A model generated the notes under the pieces. It searched no databases and was not told where the DNA came from. It saw only the letters and a program-made list of their open reading frames with translations. Shown here piece by piece: positions 36,090 to 48,346 of a stretch of 64,000 nucleotides of DNA. A program made the position numbers and the translations under genes. Positions within the stretch are counted from its first letter, which is position 1; each line of letters opens with the position of its first letter. Source of the DNA: Calditrichia bacterium (GTDB lineage: Bacteria; Calditrichota; Calditrichia; JAJRVZ01); assembly GCA_963796965.1 (NCBI GenBank), contig CAWCNS010000005.1, positions 1 through 64,000 of the forward strand, written 5' to 3'.

Positions 36090-37356
36090 ATGACAAACAA
36101 CAATTCGCCAAAAATTCACTAAAACGTTGGCACTTATTTCTTCCCGGCATTTTTCTGCTTGGCTTTAATATCGGTACCGGCAGCGTGACCGCGATGGCTA
36201 AGGCCGGGGCCACCTATGGCATGTCACTATTGTGGACGATCATGCTCTCCTGTCTCGCCACGTACTTCATGATCCGTATCTATGGAAGTATACGCTTGTC
36301 ACAGGAGAAACGGCATTGCAGGCATTCCGTAAACATATTCACCCGGGAGTGGGGATCTTCTTTATCGTCGCACTGACTGCTGGTGTATCCGGCAGCGTGA
36401 TGGGTGTGATGGGAATTGTTGCCGATATCAGTTACGAGTGGTCGAAGACGATGATTGACTGGTGGAATTGCTCCGATCTATTTTGCAGCATTTTTTATTG
36501 CATTGGTTTACTATATTTTCTGGAATGGCAAAACGCAGTTTTTTGAACGCAGCCTGGCTGTAATTGTGGCAATTATGTCCGCATGTTTTTTACTCAATTT
36601 TTTCATCATGATGCCTCCGCCAATCGACATTTTGAAAGGGATGATTCCCAACCTGCCTGAAGTTCCTGCGGACCAGGGGAAAGGTCCGTTTCTGGTGATT
36701 GCCTCCATGGTTGGGACCACTGTTTTTTCCGGATTGTTTATTATCCGAACCACATTGGTCAAAGAAGCAGGATGGACAATCAACGATATTAAGAAGCAAC
36801 GAAACGATGCGATCGTATCTGTGACCATGATGTTCGTCATCAGCGGTTCGATCATGGCTGCGGCGGCAGGTACTTTATATGCTGCAAGGACTTGGCTTAA
36901 CCAAAGCCTCGCAGATGATCGAGTTGTTGGAACCCTTGGTTGGGTCCTTGGCCACTTCCATATTCGCTGTCGGCATCATTGCTGCGGGTGTTTCATCACA
37001 GTTTCCGAATGTGCTGATGCTGCCATGGCTGCTATGCGACTATAACCAGTCAGAGCGCAAGATGACTCTTCCCAGATATCCGCATCATGGTATTGATCAT
37101 TTCACTCTTGGGTTTGGTGGTGCCAATTTTTGATGCGCGTCCTGTATTTGTGATGATTGTCTCTCAGGCCTTCCAATCCGTTATTTTGCCAGTTACGGTC
37201 GGCTGTATCTTATACCTTGGAAATCGTCATGATCTGATGGGCGAACATAAAAATTCATCGATGGACAACCTATTTCTAACTGCCATTCTGCTCTTTTCCA
37301 TCGTCACCTCTTCGATGGGTATCAAAGGCGTTTGGCAACTCATCTACGGGTTGTAG
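36090..37356 (+). CDS. Nramp-like membrane transporter; frameshifted
   Basis: PG...NIGTGSVTAMAKAGATYG, TGETAL, MVGTT; multiple TM segments. Confidence 0.75.
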
Positions 37357-37358
37357 AG

Positions 37359-38435
37359 ATGAAGATTCCGAATATACTTTTTTTAGAATCCAACCGGGTG
37401 TGGCGAACTTATCCCGGCGGCATGAAACTTGACATTATGGAAGGCCGAGAGCATCCGGAAGATGCGCACTTTCCTGAAGATTGGATCGGCTCGACTACCT
37501 GCGCGGTAAACAAAGGCCGCGAACATCTCACAGAAGAAGGCTTATCAAAAGTCACGATCGACGATGAAACGCTAACGCTCAAAGCACTCTGCGAAAAAGA
37601 TCCGAATGCTTTACTCGGAGCAACACACTTCGAAAAATACGGCGCCAACACCCAGTTTTTACTCAAATTTCTCGATTCAGCGATCCGGCTGCATATCCAG
37701 TGCCACCCGACCATTCCCTTTGCTCAAAAACATCTCAACAGCAACTCCGGAAAAACCGAGGCCTACATCATACTGAGTATTCGCGACGAGGTGAAAGAGC
37801 CTTACATCTATATGGGCTTCCAGAATCCGCCTGTAAAAGAGGCATTCAAGCGGATGATTGAAGAGCAGGATAGAGATGCTATACTTGCCTGTTTTGAAAA
37901 AATCCCGATAAAACCGGGTGATGTTTTCATGGTTCCCGGTGGCATGCCGCACGCCATCGGCGAAGGCGTCTTCATGATCGAGATCATGGAGCCGACTGAC
38001 TTTGCTGTTCGGATTGAATTCGAACGCGGCGGCTACGTCTTGCCTGAAGAATCACGCTTCATGAACCGGGGCATCGATTTTGCCCTGTCCATGTTTAACT
38101 ATGAACCGACTTCGGTTGAAACGATTAAAGAACGCTTTTTCTGCGAACCGCGCGTACTGGAAAAACAAAATCAAAGCACTGAATATGCATTGATTGATGA
38201 AAAGAAAACCAGCTGTTTCAGCGTCAACCGCATCGATGTAAAGGATCGTTATGTAAAAGAATCTGATACGTTTTATATCGGCATTGTCTCAAAGGGATCC
38301 GGCACAATTGTCACTGGCGATGAAACGTATCCGGTTAAAGAAGGATCAAAATTTTTTGTCCCCTACCAGACGGATTCAGTCACATTTGAATCTGAAAGCG
38401 GCATGGAAATCATCGCAACGTTTCCGCCCGGATAA
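37359..38435 (+). CDS. manA: Class I mannose-6-phosphate isomerase (cupin)
   Basis: LLKFLDSAIRLHIQCHP, GKTEAY, PHAIGEG, EIMEPTD. Confidence 0.8.
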   Translation: MKIPNILFLESNRVWRTYPGGMKLDIMEGREHPEDAHFPEDWIGSTTCAVNKGREHLTEEGLSKVTIDDETLTLKALCEKDPNALLGATHFEKYGANTQFLLKFLDSAIRLHIQCHPTIPFAQKHLNSNSGKTEAYIILSIRDEVKEPYIYMGFQNPPVKEAFKRMIEEQDRDAILACFEKIPIKPGDVFMVPGGMPHAIGEGVFMIEIMEPTDFAVRIEFERGGYVLPEESRFMNRGIDFALSMFNYEPTSVETIKERFFCEPRVLEKQNQSTEYALIDEKKTSCFSVNRIDVKDRYVKESDTFYIGIVSKGSGTIVTGDETYPVKEGSKFFVPYQTDSVTFESESGMEIIATFPPG

Positions 38436-38543
38436 TCGATTTACAAAGAGCAGTCAAAAACCTCGCCGGTGCATTAACCAGCAGCAAACCGGTTAGAGGA
38501 AACGAATATGGATTCGAGTCAATAATCATTGGAGGTTTCTCAA

Positions 38544-40669
38544 ATGTTAACAAATAACAAGATATCAACAATTTCTTTACCTTTACTGTTTGCCGTTGTC
38601 TTCCTATTGGTGGTATCAGGGAACGCACGCCCGTTGGATGACAAGGCCATACGTTTTAATGGAAATGATCTGAAGATAGTGATCTCAGATAAAGAGCCAG
38701 GCCCGATCAAGCTTGCTCTTAAAGCCCTATTGAAAGATTTTACGAGCGTAATGGGTACTGAACCAGCTGTTGTAAATGAGATGAGCGCGGACAATTCACA
38801 GACCGAGATCGTAATCATAAATCGCTCATCCGGGACCCTTGCCGTGCCATCCGATAAGGTTAGGGAACTTGATGGATTTGAGTCTCACCGCATATATGCC
38901 GACGCGGAGAATAATAGGATATATCTTGAAGGGTATGATCTGAGGGGTACTATTTATGCCATTTATACGTTTTCTGAAAAAATTCTTGGTGTTCCACCAT
39001 TGCACTTTTATAGTACATGGATTCCTGATAAAAAAAGATGAAATATCGGTAGCCCATGACTATGATATTTTTTTCAAATCACCACAAGTGAGGTATCGCA
39101 GCATTTTACCAGGTGACCAGGATTTTATCAATCCCTGGAGAGCTGAATCAGAAGAAAATGAGAATGTCTGGCTTGAAACAACTCTCCGGTTAAAGTATAA
39201 CACCGTTGAAACTTACTCTACAATAATGCCGGATTATAAATTGACTGACTATGCTTATCTGATTGACAAATATGGATTGGTTATAACCTCACATCATACG
39301 AGTGGCCTGAATACTTCATTCAGGACATGGAACCAATACTGGGAAAAAGTTAGAAATATGGAGGCGCCTAAGCTGCTATTATCCAATGAACAGGCGATTC
39401 TTGATTTCTTTCGTTATAATGCAGAGACTGTGCAAAAAAACGGGATCGAGAACCTTTGGAGTGTCGCATTCAGAGGCAAAGGAGATGAGCCATATTGGGT
39501 TATTTTCGAGGATGCTCCCCAAGACGAAAAAGAACGCGCTGAAATCATAAATAAGATGTTGCAAATCCAGTATGATCTGATACGAGAGGTTACGGGAGAA
39601 GATAAACCTTATGCGCGTATCACCTTTTACGATGAGATTGCAAACCTGATGGCCAAAGGTTACCTGAAACCACCGGAAGGTGAAAACATGATCTGGACTT
39701 TTGTGGCTGCCCGTCGTGATCCTTATCCTTATGATGATCTGGTAAATTTTAATCCGAGCATACCAGTAAAACTGGGATTCTACATGAATTTTGGATTTGC
39801 ATCAACCGGGGCACATGTGGCACCGGCTGAAAGCCCCTGGAAAATGGAATTTAATTACCGCTATATTAATAATAAGTCCCCATTGTACTTCTCAGTCGTG
39901 AATGCAGGAAACGTGAGGGAATTTGTGCTGGAACTCTCGGCCCATGCCAAAATGTTGTGGGATTATGATAGTTATAACAGCGATGCCTTTTTGTTAGATT
40001 ATTGTACTCAATATTTTGGGGCAGAAAAGGCGAATGAAGTAGCACAACTATACAGAGACTATTACTATGCCTACTGGCAAGCGAAACCGACCGAATTTGA
40101 AGGAATGGAACGTCAGTTTGTATTTCAGGATTTAAGATATGCCCGGGCTTTTGATCATATTTTTGAGGCGTTTTATTTTTCAGAAAATCATATAAATATG
40201 AATCCGTTGTATAAGATTGGATATGAAAGCGTCCCGGGTCGTACTTATCGAATTGATTTTGAACATAATAAAAGTAAAAATCAGGTTGATGCACTTATTG
40301 TATGGAATGAAAAAAACCATACCAAAATTTGAGTCGGTTGCTGAGCGTTGTTCCGAAATGATGCCTCAACTGGATGAAGATAAACAAACTTTTTTTAACG
40401 ATAATCTGCGTATATACAGTTATTATATGACTCATTTAAGTAAGACACTTTACCATTATGTGTATGCCTATAAACATCAAAGAACAGAAGATGTTCTGAT
40501 GGAAAATCTTGATCTGGCATATGATAATGCTGTAAAGGCAAGACAATATCTGAACGAAGCGCAACATGGTATCTTTTCAACCTGGTATTCCAATGCTGAT
40601 CCACTTGAAAGAACATTTCAGATTGATTATTTATTAAATAAAATTACGTTATTAAAAGCAAAAAATTGA
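38544..40669 (+). CDS. GH115-like glycoside hydrolase; frameshifted
   Basis: GYDLRGTIYAIYTFSEKILGVPP, SPQVRYR, LRLKYN, TSHH, FRGKGDEP. Confidence 0.7.
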
Positions 40670-40755
40670 TGGAAGGATGTATAACTTTCTCAATAAGACT
40701 AAATTGACAGTTCCCTTAAAACTCAACAAATAAAAGAGAATTGCATAATATAAAG

Positions 40756-40781
40756 ATCCCGAATCAAGTTCGGGATGTCAA
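40756..40781. repeat. REP-like palindrome
   Basis: ATCCCGAATCAAGTTCGGGAT hairpin in intergenic DNA. Confidence 0.55.
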
Positions 40782-40927
40782 ACAGGTCACACTGTGTAAT
40801 GGACTCGTATGGAGAACTTGTTTCAGTGTCTCATTCTCAAAAACAAAAACGGATTATCCAAACATTATCGTAATTCTTGTGAACGGTAGAGCTATGGTGA
40901 ATTTGACTTAACCCAGAGATCTTCGTT

Positions 40928-42460
40928 ATGCAAATAGTGATAAAAATAGTGGCGGTATTAGTAGTTTTCTGCCTGTCAATGGGTTCATCGGTTGCCGCAG
41001 ATACTAAGCCAAATGTCCTGCTGATTATTTGCGACGATTTAAACACGCATGTTTCAACGTCTGGCTATCCGCATATCCGTACGCCGGCATTTGATATGCT
41101 GGCCGCCACCGGAATGACTTTTAATCGGGCCTATTGCCAGTATCCTGTTTGTAATCCATCGCGAACTTCTTTTCTCAACGGCCTCTATCCGGAGTCGACA
41201 GACGTCATTGACAACTACACGGATATTCGGCAAACCCGCCCGGGAACCGTTTCCATGCCACAACGCTTTAAGGAAGCCGGTTATTGGACTGCTTCGGTAG
41301 GCAAGGTATTCCACAGCACAAAAATGGAACATGGAGATTTGGCCTGGAATGAGTTTCTCCGGTTTGAAAATGAAGAAATGCCGATGGTGACACCAATCCG
41401 TGAGACCTTCGAAGCAAAACATGGATCCATTGAAGCTGGCGAAACAAAAAAACTTTGGAAGGAATTCTACCCGACCATCGCATCACAGACGCGTGGCCAG
41501 AAACCAGGCTACGGACCTACGGGCCTGCGCGACGACCAGCATAAAGACGGTAAGAATGTACGGCAAATTGTATCGTGGCTGAAGAACAGGAGCCATGGTG
41601 AGAAGCCATTCTTCATGGCTTGCGGTATCCACAAACCTCACGGACCTTTTCTGGCACCCGACGCCTATTTCGACATGTACCCTAAAAAGGACCTGATGTT
41701 CTTGCCACCACCGCCTGATTTCTGGAAGCAGGCGCCCGCTGAAGCAATGACGAAGCGCTATGAACGTTTCGGGTTTGAGTTCGGGGTTGAAAATGACTCG
41801 TTACGGCGTGAGTACACCCAAGCGTATCATGCCTGCATATCCTTTATCGATGCTCAAATCGGACTGATCTTTGAAGCCCTGAGAAGCAGTGGTCAATGGG
41901 AGAATACGATTATTGTTTTAATGTCTGACCATGGATATCAGCTTGGTGATCATTTTATGTGGGGAAAGGTCATGTTGTTTGAGACCTGTGACCGAATACC
42001 ATTGGTTATCCGCGTGCCGGGTCAAACAAAATCGGGCTCTTCCAGCGAAGGACTGGTTGAACTTGTAGATCTCTATCCAACCCTTGCCGAACTCTGTGGC
42101 GTAACACCACCGGGAGATCTGCAAGGCCGCAGCCTGGTCCCGATGTTGCATAATCCAAATGCTCCGGGAAAAGAGGTTGCCTACACGGTGGTTAGACGCG
42201 GTAATTTGAGGCTTGGTAAAAACGCACCAGGACATTACCAAAAACCTCTCAAAAGGTTAGGCAAGGCCATCCGAACAGATCGCTGGCGATATACCCTGTG
42301 GCCAGAAGGAGGAGAAGAACTCTATGACCTGGAGAACGATCCTCGGGAGCATATAAACCTTGTTCACTCTCCGGGATATATTGACGTTGTTGAGAACCTG
42401 CGTACCCGCTTAGCGCAGGCAGAGCAACGTGCTGCTAATGCCTTACATCAAACAGAGTAA
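40928..42460 (+). CDS. S1 sulfatase (iduronate-2-sulfatase-like)
   Basis: DDL, CNPSR, GKVFH, KPHGPF, SDHG. Confidence 0.92.
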   Translation: MQIVIKIVAVLVVFCLSMGSSVAADTKPNVLLIICDDLNTHVSTSGYPHIRTPAFDMLAATGMTFNRAYCQYPVCNPSRTSFLNGLYPESTDVIDNYTDIRQTRPGTVSMPQRFKEAGYWTASVGKVFHSTKMEHGDLAWNEFLRFENEEMPMVTPIRETFEAKHGSIEAGETKKLWKEFYPTIASQTRGQKPGYGPTGLRDDQHKDGKNVRQIVSWLKNRSHGEKPFFMACGIHKPHGPFLAPDAYFDMYPKKDLMFLPPPPDFWKQAPAEAMTKRYERFGFEFGVENDSLRREYTQAYHACISFIDAQIGLIFEALRSSGQWENTIIVLMSDHGYQLGDHFMWGKVMLFETCDRIPLVIRVPGQTKSGSSSEGLVELVDLYPTLAELCGVTPPGDLQGRSLVPMLHNPNAPGKEVAYTVVRRGNLRLGKNAPGHYQKPLKRLGKAIRTDRWRYTLWPEGGEELYDLENDPREHINLVHSPGYIDVVENLRTRLAQAEQRAANALHQTE

Positions 42461-42486
42461 AAGAAGAAAAAATATTCGAGGTTAAC

Positions 42487-44838
42487 ATGAAAGCCAATCA
42501 TAAAATGAGTTTTAAAGTACGCATTATTGCGGTAATTTCACTCTTCATGGTTGTTACTCAGGTGTTTTCATCTGAAATAACTATTGTCCCTTCGGGAACT
42601 TCTGATGATGCCGATCTGATTCAAACTACTCTGGATGTGGTACAAGATGGCGACACACTTCGCTTAAACGGAGATTTTGTAATCGCCAAGACCATCTATC
42701 TACCATCTAATTTTACCTGGATTCTCGACGGAACTCTGACCTTAGGTGATAATGCAGTTCTTGATGATATTGGCTATGTTGACACGACTCGAAATATTGA
42801 CGCCACACGGAATACGGGGATTACGGAAATACCTGGTGGCGCCACAAACATCGATATGTCCGGCGGTACCTATTATGGGAATTCCGCAAATAACTCAAAA
42901 AAGAGTGTGCGCTTTATTAATTTTGTGTACGTCACGAATTCTAATTTTCATGATATGGTTATTACAGATGCATCAGATGATTGTTTCACGCTTGGTCCCG
43001 GATGTAATGGCAATGAATGCCGCAATCTTACCGGATCGTTTGCAGGCGTAAGTCTTAATATGTCCGGCAACGGTTTGACCGACAAAGGCGATCACAACAA
43101 ATGGTATGACTGTATTGCTGAGGATTGTTGGAGTGACGGATGGACACCAAAATGCCGCAACTCTGAATTTTACCGATGTATTGGTAGAAGAAACCAGGGT
43201 CCCGGATTTGGAATGTTTGTCCGCATAGACGGATCTGGTAATCCAGATCTTGGAGAGGCTATCGAGAACAATAAATTTTATGCTTGTGAAGCCTATGATA
43301 ATGATCGGTCAGGATTCAGTTTTGATATTTCAAGTACAAGTGGTGAAGGCGGCACCGTAAGGAATAACTTTATACAGTGTATTACTTTCAACAACAGAAT
43401 GCAAGGCGTGTTTTTCAGAAATAAGCAGCCTAACAGTATTATAGAAAACAATGAAGTCGATATTGTAGCCTGGGGAAACCTGGGACAGCGAAATGATGGT
43501 TCTACTTCAAGTCTATGCGGGTGGATTAAGTGCAGAAGCAGGCTATCCGATTACTGGTATCACCGGATCTGTTGTCTGCTATGATAATGTTGGCTGGGAT
43601 GTAAATACGTATACAGCAACGGAGTGCAATATTACCGTTTATCATCCGGCAGGAGAAAATGCACCTGATTTGAATAAAGGGGATCAATCAAATACCATAA
43701 CTGTAGTCGATTTTGACTGCGCAGGTACTTTGTCTGAATGGTGTCAGCAGAAATACTGTGAAATTTTGACCATAACACCACCCGCTGATCCTGAAAGTCT
43801 TGCCGCCAATACAGTTTCTTCCCGTCAAATTAGTCTGAACTGGACGGATAATGCCAGTGATGAACTGGGATTTAAGATTGAAAGAAAAACCACAGGTTCA
43901 TATGCTGAAATCGCCACAGTGGGCGCAGGTATCGGTTCATATGATGATACAGGATTAACACCATCTACGGAGTACACTTATCGTGTCCGTGCATACAATT
44001 CCTCAGGCTTTTCCGCTTATTCAAATGAAGCATCAGCTACCACTGATAGTCTTGAAGTGGGTGGTTTTATTGAGATCATCTATGATGATTTTGAAGGTGA
44101 CAGCTATGGTAACTGGAAAGATGGCGGCGATGATTGCAAGGTAGATTCCACCGAACATGCCCATCAGGGTTATTACTCGGTTAATCTTGAGAGTAATACC
44201 AGCACATCACTGGTTACAACAGGTGATCTGGTATTAACCGGTTATAATGAAGTTCTGGTTGAATTCTGGTATAAAGTCTGTCAGCATGGAAGCGGATGAA
44301 AATTTTGCGTTGCAGATATCCACCGACGGCGGCAGCAACTATACGACAGTGAAAACATGGATAAGCGGTGTGGATTTTGATAATGATATTTTTTATATCA
44401 GATTCCGTGACCATAAGTGGTTATACATTGACTAATAAGACGCGTATCCGCTTTCGTTGTCATGCCAGCGATGATGAAGATGACATCTATTTAGATGAAA
44501 TCAGAGTTTCTGCGAGAGATGATGGAACAACGCCAATAGATGAAATCCATAATGGCAGAGCAAACAGTTTTGCTTTGCAGCAAAACTATCCGAATCCGTT
44601 TAATCCAACAACAAAAATTAAATATTCAATCCCAATGGGAAGTTTTGTTTCTTTAAAAGTATATGATTTACTGGGCAGAGAGATTATGACATTGGTTAAT
44701 GAAAGAAAGCAAAAAGGTATTTACCTGGTAGAATTTGATGGCACGAATCTCGCCAGCGGAATGTATATTTATATAATTCGTGTCATGGATAATAATGGCT
44801 CGTTCGTCAGGAGCTATAAAATGAATTTAATCAAATAA
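42487..44838 (+). CDS. Secreted beta-helix + FN3 + beta-sandwich protein with sorting tail; frameshifted
   Basis: ORFs 42487-43584, 43493-44299, 44368-44838; LNWTD...YTYRVRAYN FN3; QNYPNPFNP. Confidence 0.75.
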
Positions 44839-44906
44839 TTATTGTCCCTTCCTCCCCTGAATGGGGATAGGGGATTTTTAATTGCATTCGGTGTAAAAAT
44901 ATAGAG

Positions 44907-47390
44907 ATGATCAAAGTTACCACTAACATTTTAATGAACGAGCAAGCAATTGGGCAGCAATACAAAATGAAAAAATTAAAAAGCATGTCCAACTCAAAAA
45001 CAAGTCGTATGACCGGAATTATGATTTTACTTTTTCTGACATTCTTTTCAACGAACAACTGGTGCGCACAAATCATTTATCCCTGGCGGGCTACAACCGC
45101 AATTGTAAAAGCTGGTGAAACCTTTGAGATCTGGTTCGATGCTGATAGTGGTCAAACCATCAATTCAGTAATATTGGAGGGACCGCATAACTCTGTTACC
45201 TCTTCATTCAGTGTTGAAAATGGTAACTGGGAATACGACGGGTGGTCCGGCAATACCTATGATACAAGAATCACGGTTACCGTACCTGCCGATGCACCGG
45301 CAGACAAGTATAACCTTATTTTAAATACTTCAACCAGTACAAAAACATCATTTGCATCGGTAAAGGTTGTTAAAGAATATAAAAGCACATTTTATATAAT
45401 GCATTTTTCAGATCCTCACAGATGGGAAGCCAGTAAAAATACCGAGGGCATTCTCTACAAAGATCAAACAGTAGTGATAGATATCGCTAATATTATTGAT
45501 CCAGAAATATTTATTGAAACAGGCGACTCCTACTGGCAAACTCCAAGTAATCCAAGTTTAAATCAATCAAGGTTAAATGATTTTATGTATGGATCAGGTG
45601 GTGTTAGGGGAATGCAGGAACTAGCATCGGCGGCTCTATTTATGATTCCCGGAAACCATGATACGCCTACCCATCATAGTTATGATGTGACTATGAAAGA
45701 TGCGGCAAGCGCATGGAATGACTTATTTGGACTTCAATACCACAATTTTACATATAACAGTGCACGCTTTGTAGGTATAAATAATTCCTGGTGCCCTTCT
45801 GACGGAAGTGCTCCTAATTTTCAATGGCAAATTGACAAAGCCGTAGATTGGATAAATAGTGTGGGTGGCGGAAATATGAGGATTGCCTATTTTCATATTC
45901 CCCAGGACGGCGTACCCCTTATTTATAACTCCTTTAAGTCAGCAGGAGAACCTTTTAAATTAATGATTGGCGGACATATTCACCGTTATACAACGAATCC
46001 ATATTCTATTGACGGAAACCCAATAATCTATACAGCAGCAGGTCTTAAAAATGGTACTACGGGCGCACCATTTAATTTATATAAGATCAATCTCAATGAT
46101 GGCACATTCTCAACGGTAGGAAATTCATATTCGGGTCATCCGGGTCTTGAAGTTGACCAGAATTGGAGTACCAGCAAACTTAAACTGAGCTATTCCAACG
46201 AAAATAACGGAAGCAATGCAAATAATACGGCAACCATAGTTAATAAATTTTCTTTTCCTATTGAAGGCGCAAGGGTGCGTTTTATTTTACCTAAAGATAT
46301 AATTTATAATGTATTAAATGCTTCCATTACACAGGAATTTGACGGCGATAATTTTCACATTATTGATACAAGAGTTGATTTAAACGCAAATAGCACGACA
46401 ACAATAACTGTAGAAGCAAGCGATTACTGTCCTGATGATCCGAATAAAACAGAACCAGGTAATTGCGGCTGTGGTGAAGTTGAAGGCAATTGTGACAAGT
46501 TTCCCTTAATGGTAAATAGCGGAAGCGGTACAGGTGATTATTATCCTTTCGAAAAGGTTTCAATTGTGGCAGATTCCCCGCCGGAAAATATGAAATTCGA
46601 TAAATGGCTGATTGATTACGGAACTCCATCTATTGTTGATATTCAGGCATCTTCCACCACATTACATCTGGGCGACGGCGCTGCAACTATAACAGCAACC
46701 TATGAGGAATTCAATACGATTTACCAGTCAGAAGATGCTGTGTATAATGGAGCGACATTTTCAGCAAATTATGTAGGCTATCATGGATCGGGATATTTGG
46801 TTTATAAAAATCCGTACAATGACTTCATTGAATGGACTATTGATGTGCCGTCTTCGGGTAGTTATAACCTGATATTCAGGTATGCAAATGACAGCTGGCC
46901 CCGTCCCCTTGAATTAAAAGTAAATGAATCTGTTAAAGAAGCGTCATTAAATTTTCCTGCAACTGGCGCATGGACCAACTGGGAAGTAGTTTCATCCACT
47001 CAAACATTGAATGCCGGGGAGAATATCATCAGACTCACTGCAATAGGATTAAGTGGAAGTAATATCGATGAACTTAGAGTGGATGAAGGAATAACCTCAC
47101 TCAATGAATCCACTTACATTATACCAAATAAGTCCGTATTGCACCAAAACTACCCGAATCCATTTAATCCAACTACAAAAATTAAATATTCAATTCCTGT
47201 TGGAAGTTTTGTTTCTCTAATAGTATTTGATTTGCTGGGCAGAGAGACTATGATATTGGTTAATGAAAAAAAGCAACAAGGTACTTACCAAGTGGAATTT
47301 GATGGAAAAAATCTATCCAACGGAATATATTATTATAGAATAATAACTGGGGATTTTACTGAAACTAAAAAATTTATTCTGATGAAATAG
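44907..47390 (+). CDS. Secreted metallophosphoesterase + CBM6/35-like module with sorting tail
   Basis: DPH, TGD, GNHD, GHIH motifs; FRYAN...FPATGAWTNW; true start probably a later Met. Confidence 0.8.
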   Translation: MIKVTTNILMNEQAIGQQYKMKKLKSMSNSKTSRMTGIMILLFLTFFSTNNWCAQIIYPWRATTAIVKAGETFEIWFDADSGQTINSVILEGPHNSVTSSFSVENGNWEYDGWSGNTYDTRITVTVPADAPADKYNLILNTSTSTKTSFASVKVVKEYKSTFYIMHFSDPHRWEASKNTEGILYKDQTVVIDIANIIDPEIFIETGDSYWQTPSNPSLNQSRLNDFMYGSGGVRGMQELASAALFMIPGNHDTPTHHSYDVTMKDAASAWNDLFGLQYHNFTYNSARFVGINNSWCPSDGSAPNFQWQIDKAVDWINSVGGGNMRIAYFHIPQDGVPLIYNSFKSAGEPFKLMIGGHIHRYTTNPYSIDGNPIIYTAAGLKNGTTGAPFNLYKINLNDGTFSTVGNSYSGHPGLEVDQNWSTSKLKLSYSNENNGSNANNTATIVNKFSFPIEGARVRFILPKDIIYNVLNASITQEFDGDNFHIIDTRVDLNANSTTTITVEASDYCPDDPNKTEPGNCGCGEVEGNCDKFPLMVNSGSGTGDYYPFEKVSIVADSPPENMKFDKWLIDYGTPSIVDIQASSTTLHLGDGAATITATYEEFNTIYQSEDAVYNGATFSANYVGYHGSGYLVYKNPYNDFIEWTIDVPSSGSYNLIFRYANDSWPRPLELKVNESVKEASLNFPATGAWTNWEVVSSTQTLNAGENIIRLTAIGLSGSNIDELRVDEGITSLNESTYIIPNKSVLHQNYPNPFNPTTKIKYSIPVGSFVSLIVFDLLGRETMILVNEKKQQGTYQVEFDGKNLSNGIYYYRIITGDFTETKKFILMK

Positions 47391-47532
47391 GCTCAATAGT
47401 CTTGGCTAAAAAAAGAAGGAAGGCTTAGAAATTAGCGATATATATTATTACATCTTAGATCAGCTCAAAGGAACTTATACCCTGCGGATTATTGAATCCT
47501 ATTTTGAGATATTTATTAAAATTGCCCCATAT

Positions 47533-48321
47533 GTGTTGATTAGCATATTTATTCACGTATTGCTTGTTCGGATTACCAGGAAAAAAGGCATTATCCTTAA
47601 AGTTCAAAACAGCGGGATGGCCATTTTAACAGCAGCGCTACTGGGTATTATTTCACCATTACCAACGTATGCTGCGGTGCCAATTGGCTTATCATTTATT
47701 CCCTTTGGTGTTCCCTTTGCAGCAGTGGTCGCATTTGTCATCGCTTCTCCATTAATAAATCCAAGTGTCTTTTTCCTCACATATACTCAGTTGGGTGTGG
47801 ATATCGCATTTTGGCGTTTAACCACTGCTTTTATTCTTGCCATAACCGGTGGATTTATTTCATTGCATCTTTTTAAAAGAATTCCTTCCCCGGGCTCCAT
47901 CTTAAAGAAAACCGACAAAACTGAGAGAAATTTTCTTCAGGAGTTAAATGCAGGCTTGATCTTTTTTGGAAAACATTTTGCCGCTGCACTTCTGATTAGT
48001 GCGGTCGTAAAGGCATTAATATCACCAGAGTTCATTAAAGAAATTCTGGGGCAACAAATAACAGGGAGTCTTTTGGTTGGAATTGCGCTTGGAGTTCCCT
48101 TTTACAGCTGCGGTGGTGCAGCTATTCCATTTGTTGAAGTACTGAGTGATATGGGGATGAACAAAGGTGCTGTACTGGCCTTTTTGATAGCAGGCCCGGC
48201 GACCAAGTTAGGAACGCTATACATATTTAAATCACTATTAGGTATTAAAATTTTCATTTTCTATCTGGCTGTTACGGTTAGTGGTGCATTTCTGGCGGGA
48301 TTGATTTTCTTAAATATTTAG
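47533..48321 (+). CDS. Permease of the DUF318/ArsP-like family
   Basis: AFVIASPLINP, GVPFYSCGGAAIP, AFLIAGPAT; 5' end probably frameshifted. Confidence 0.75.
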   Translation: MLISIFIHVLLVRITRKKGIILKVQNSGMAILTAALLGIISPLPTYAAVPIGLSFIPFGVPFAAVVAFVIASPLINPSVFFLTYTQLGVDIAFWRLTTAFILAITGGFISLHLFKRIPSPGSILKKTDKTERNFLQELNAGLIFFGKHFAAALLISAVVKALISPEFIKEILGQQITGSLLVGIALGVPFYSCGGAAIPFVEVLSDMGMNKGAVLAFLIAGPATKLGTLYIFKSLLGIKIFIFYLAVTVSGAFLAGLIFLNI

Positions 48322-48346
48322 CATTCGATAATAAAAGAGGAAAATT

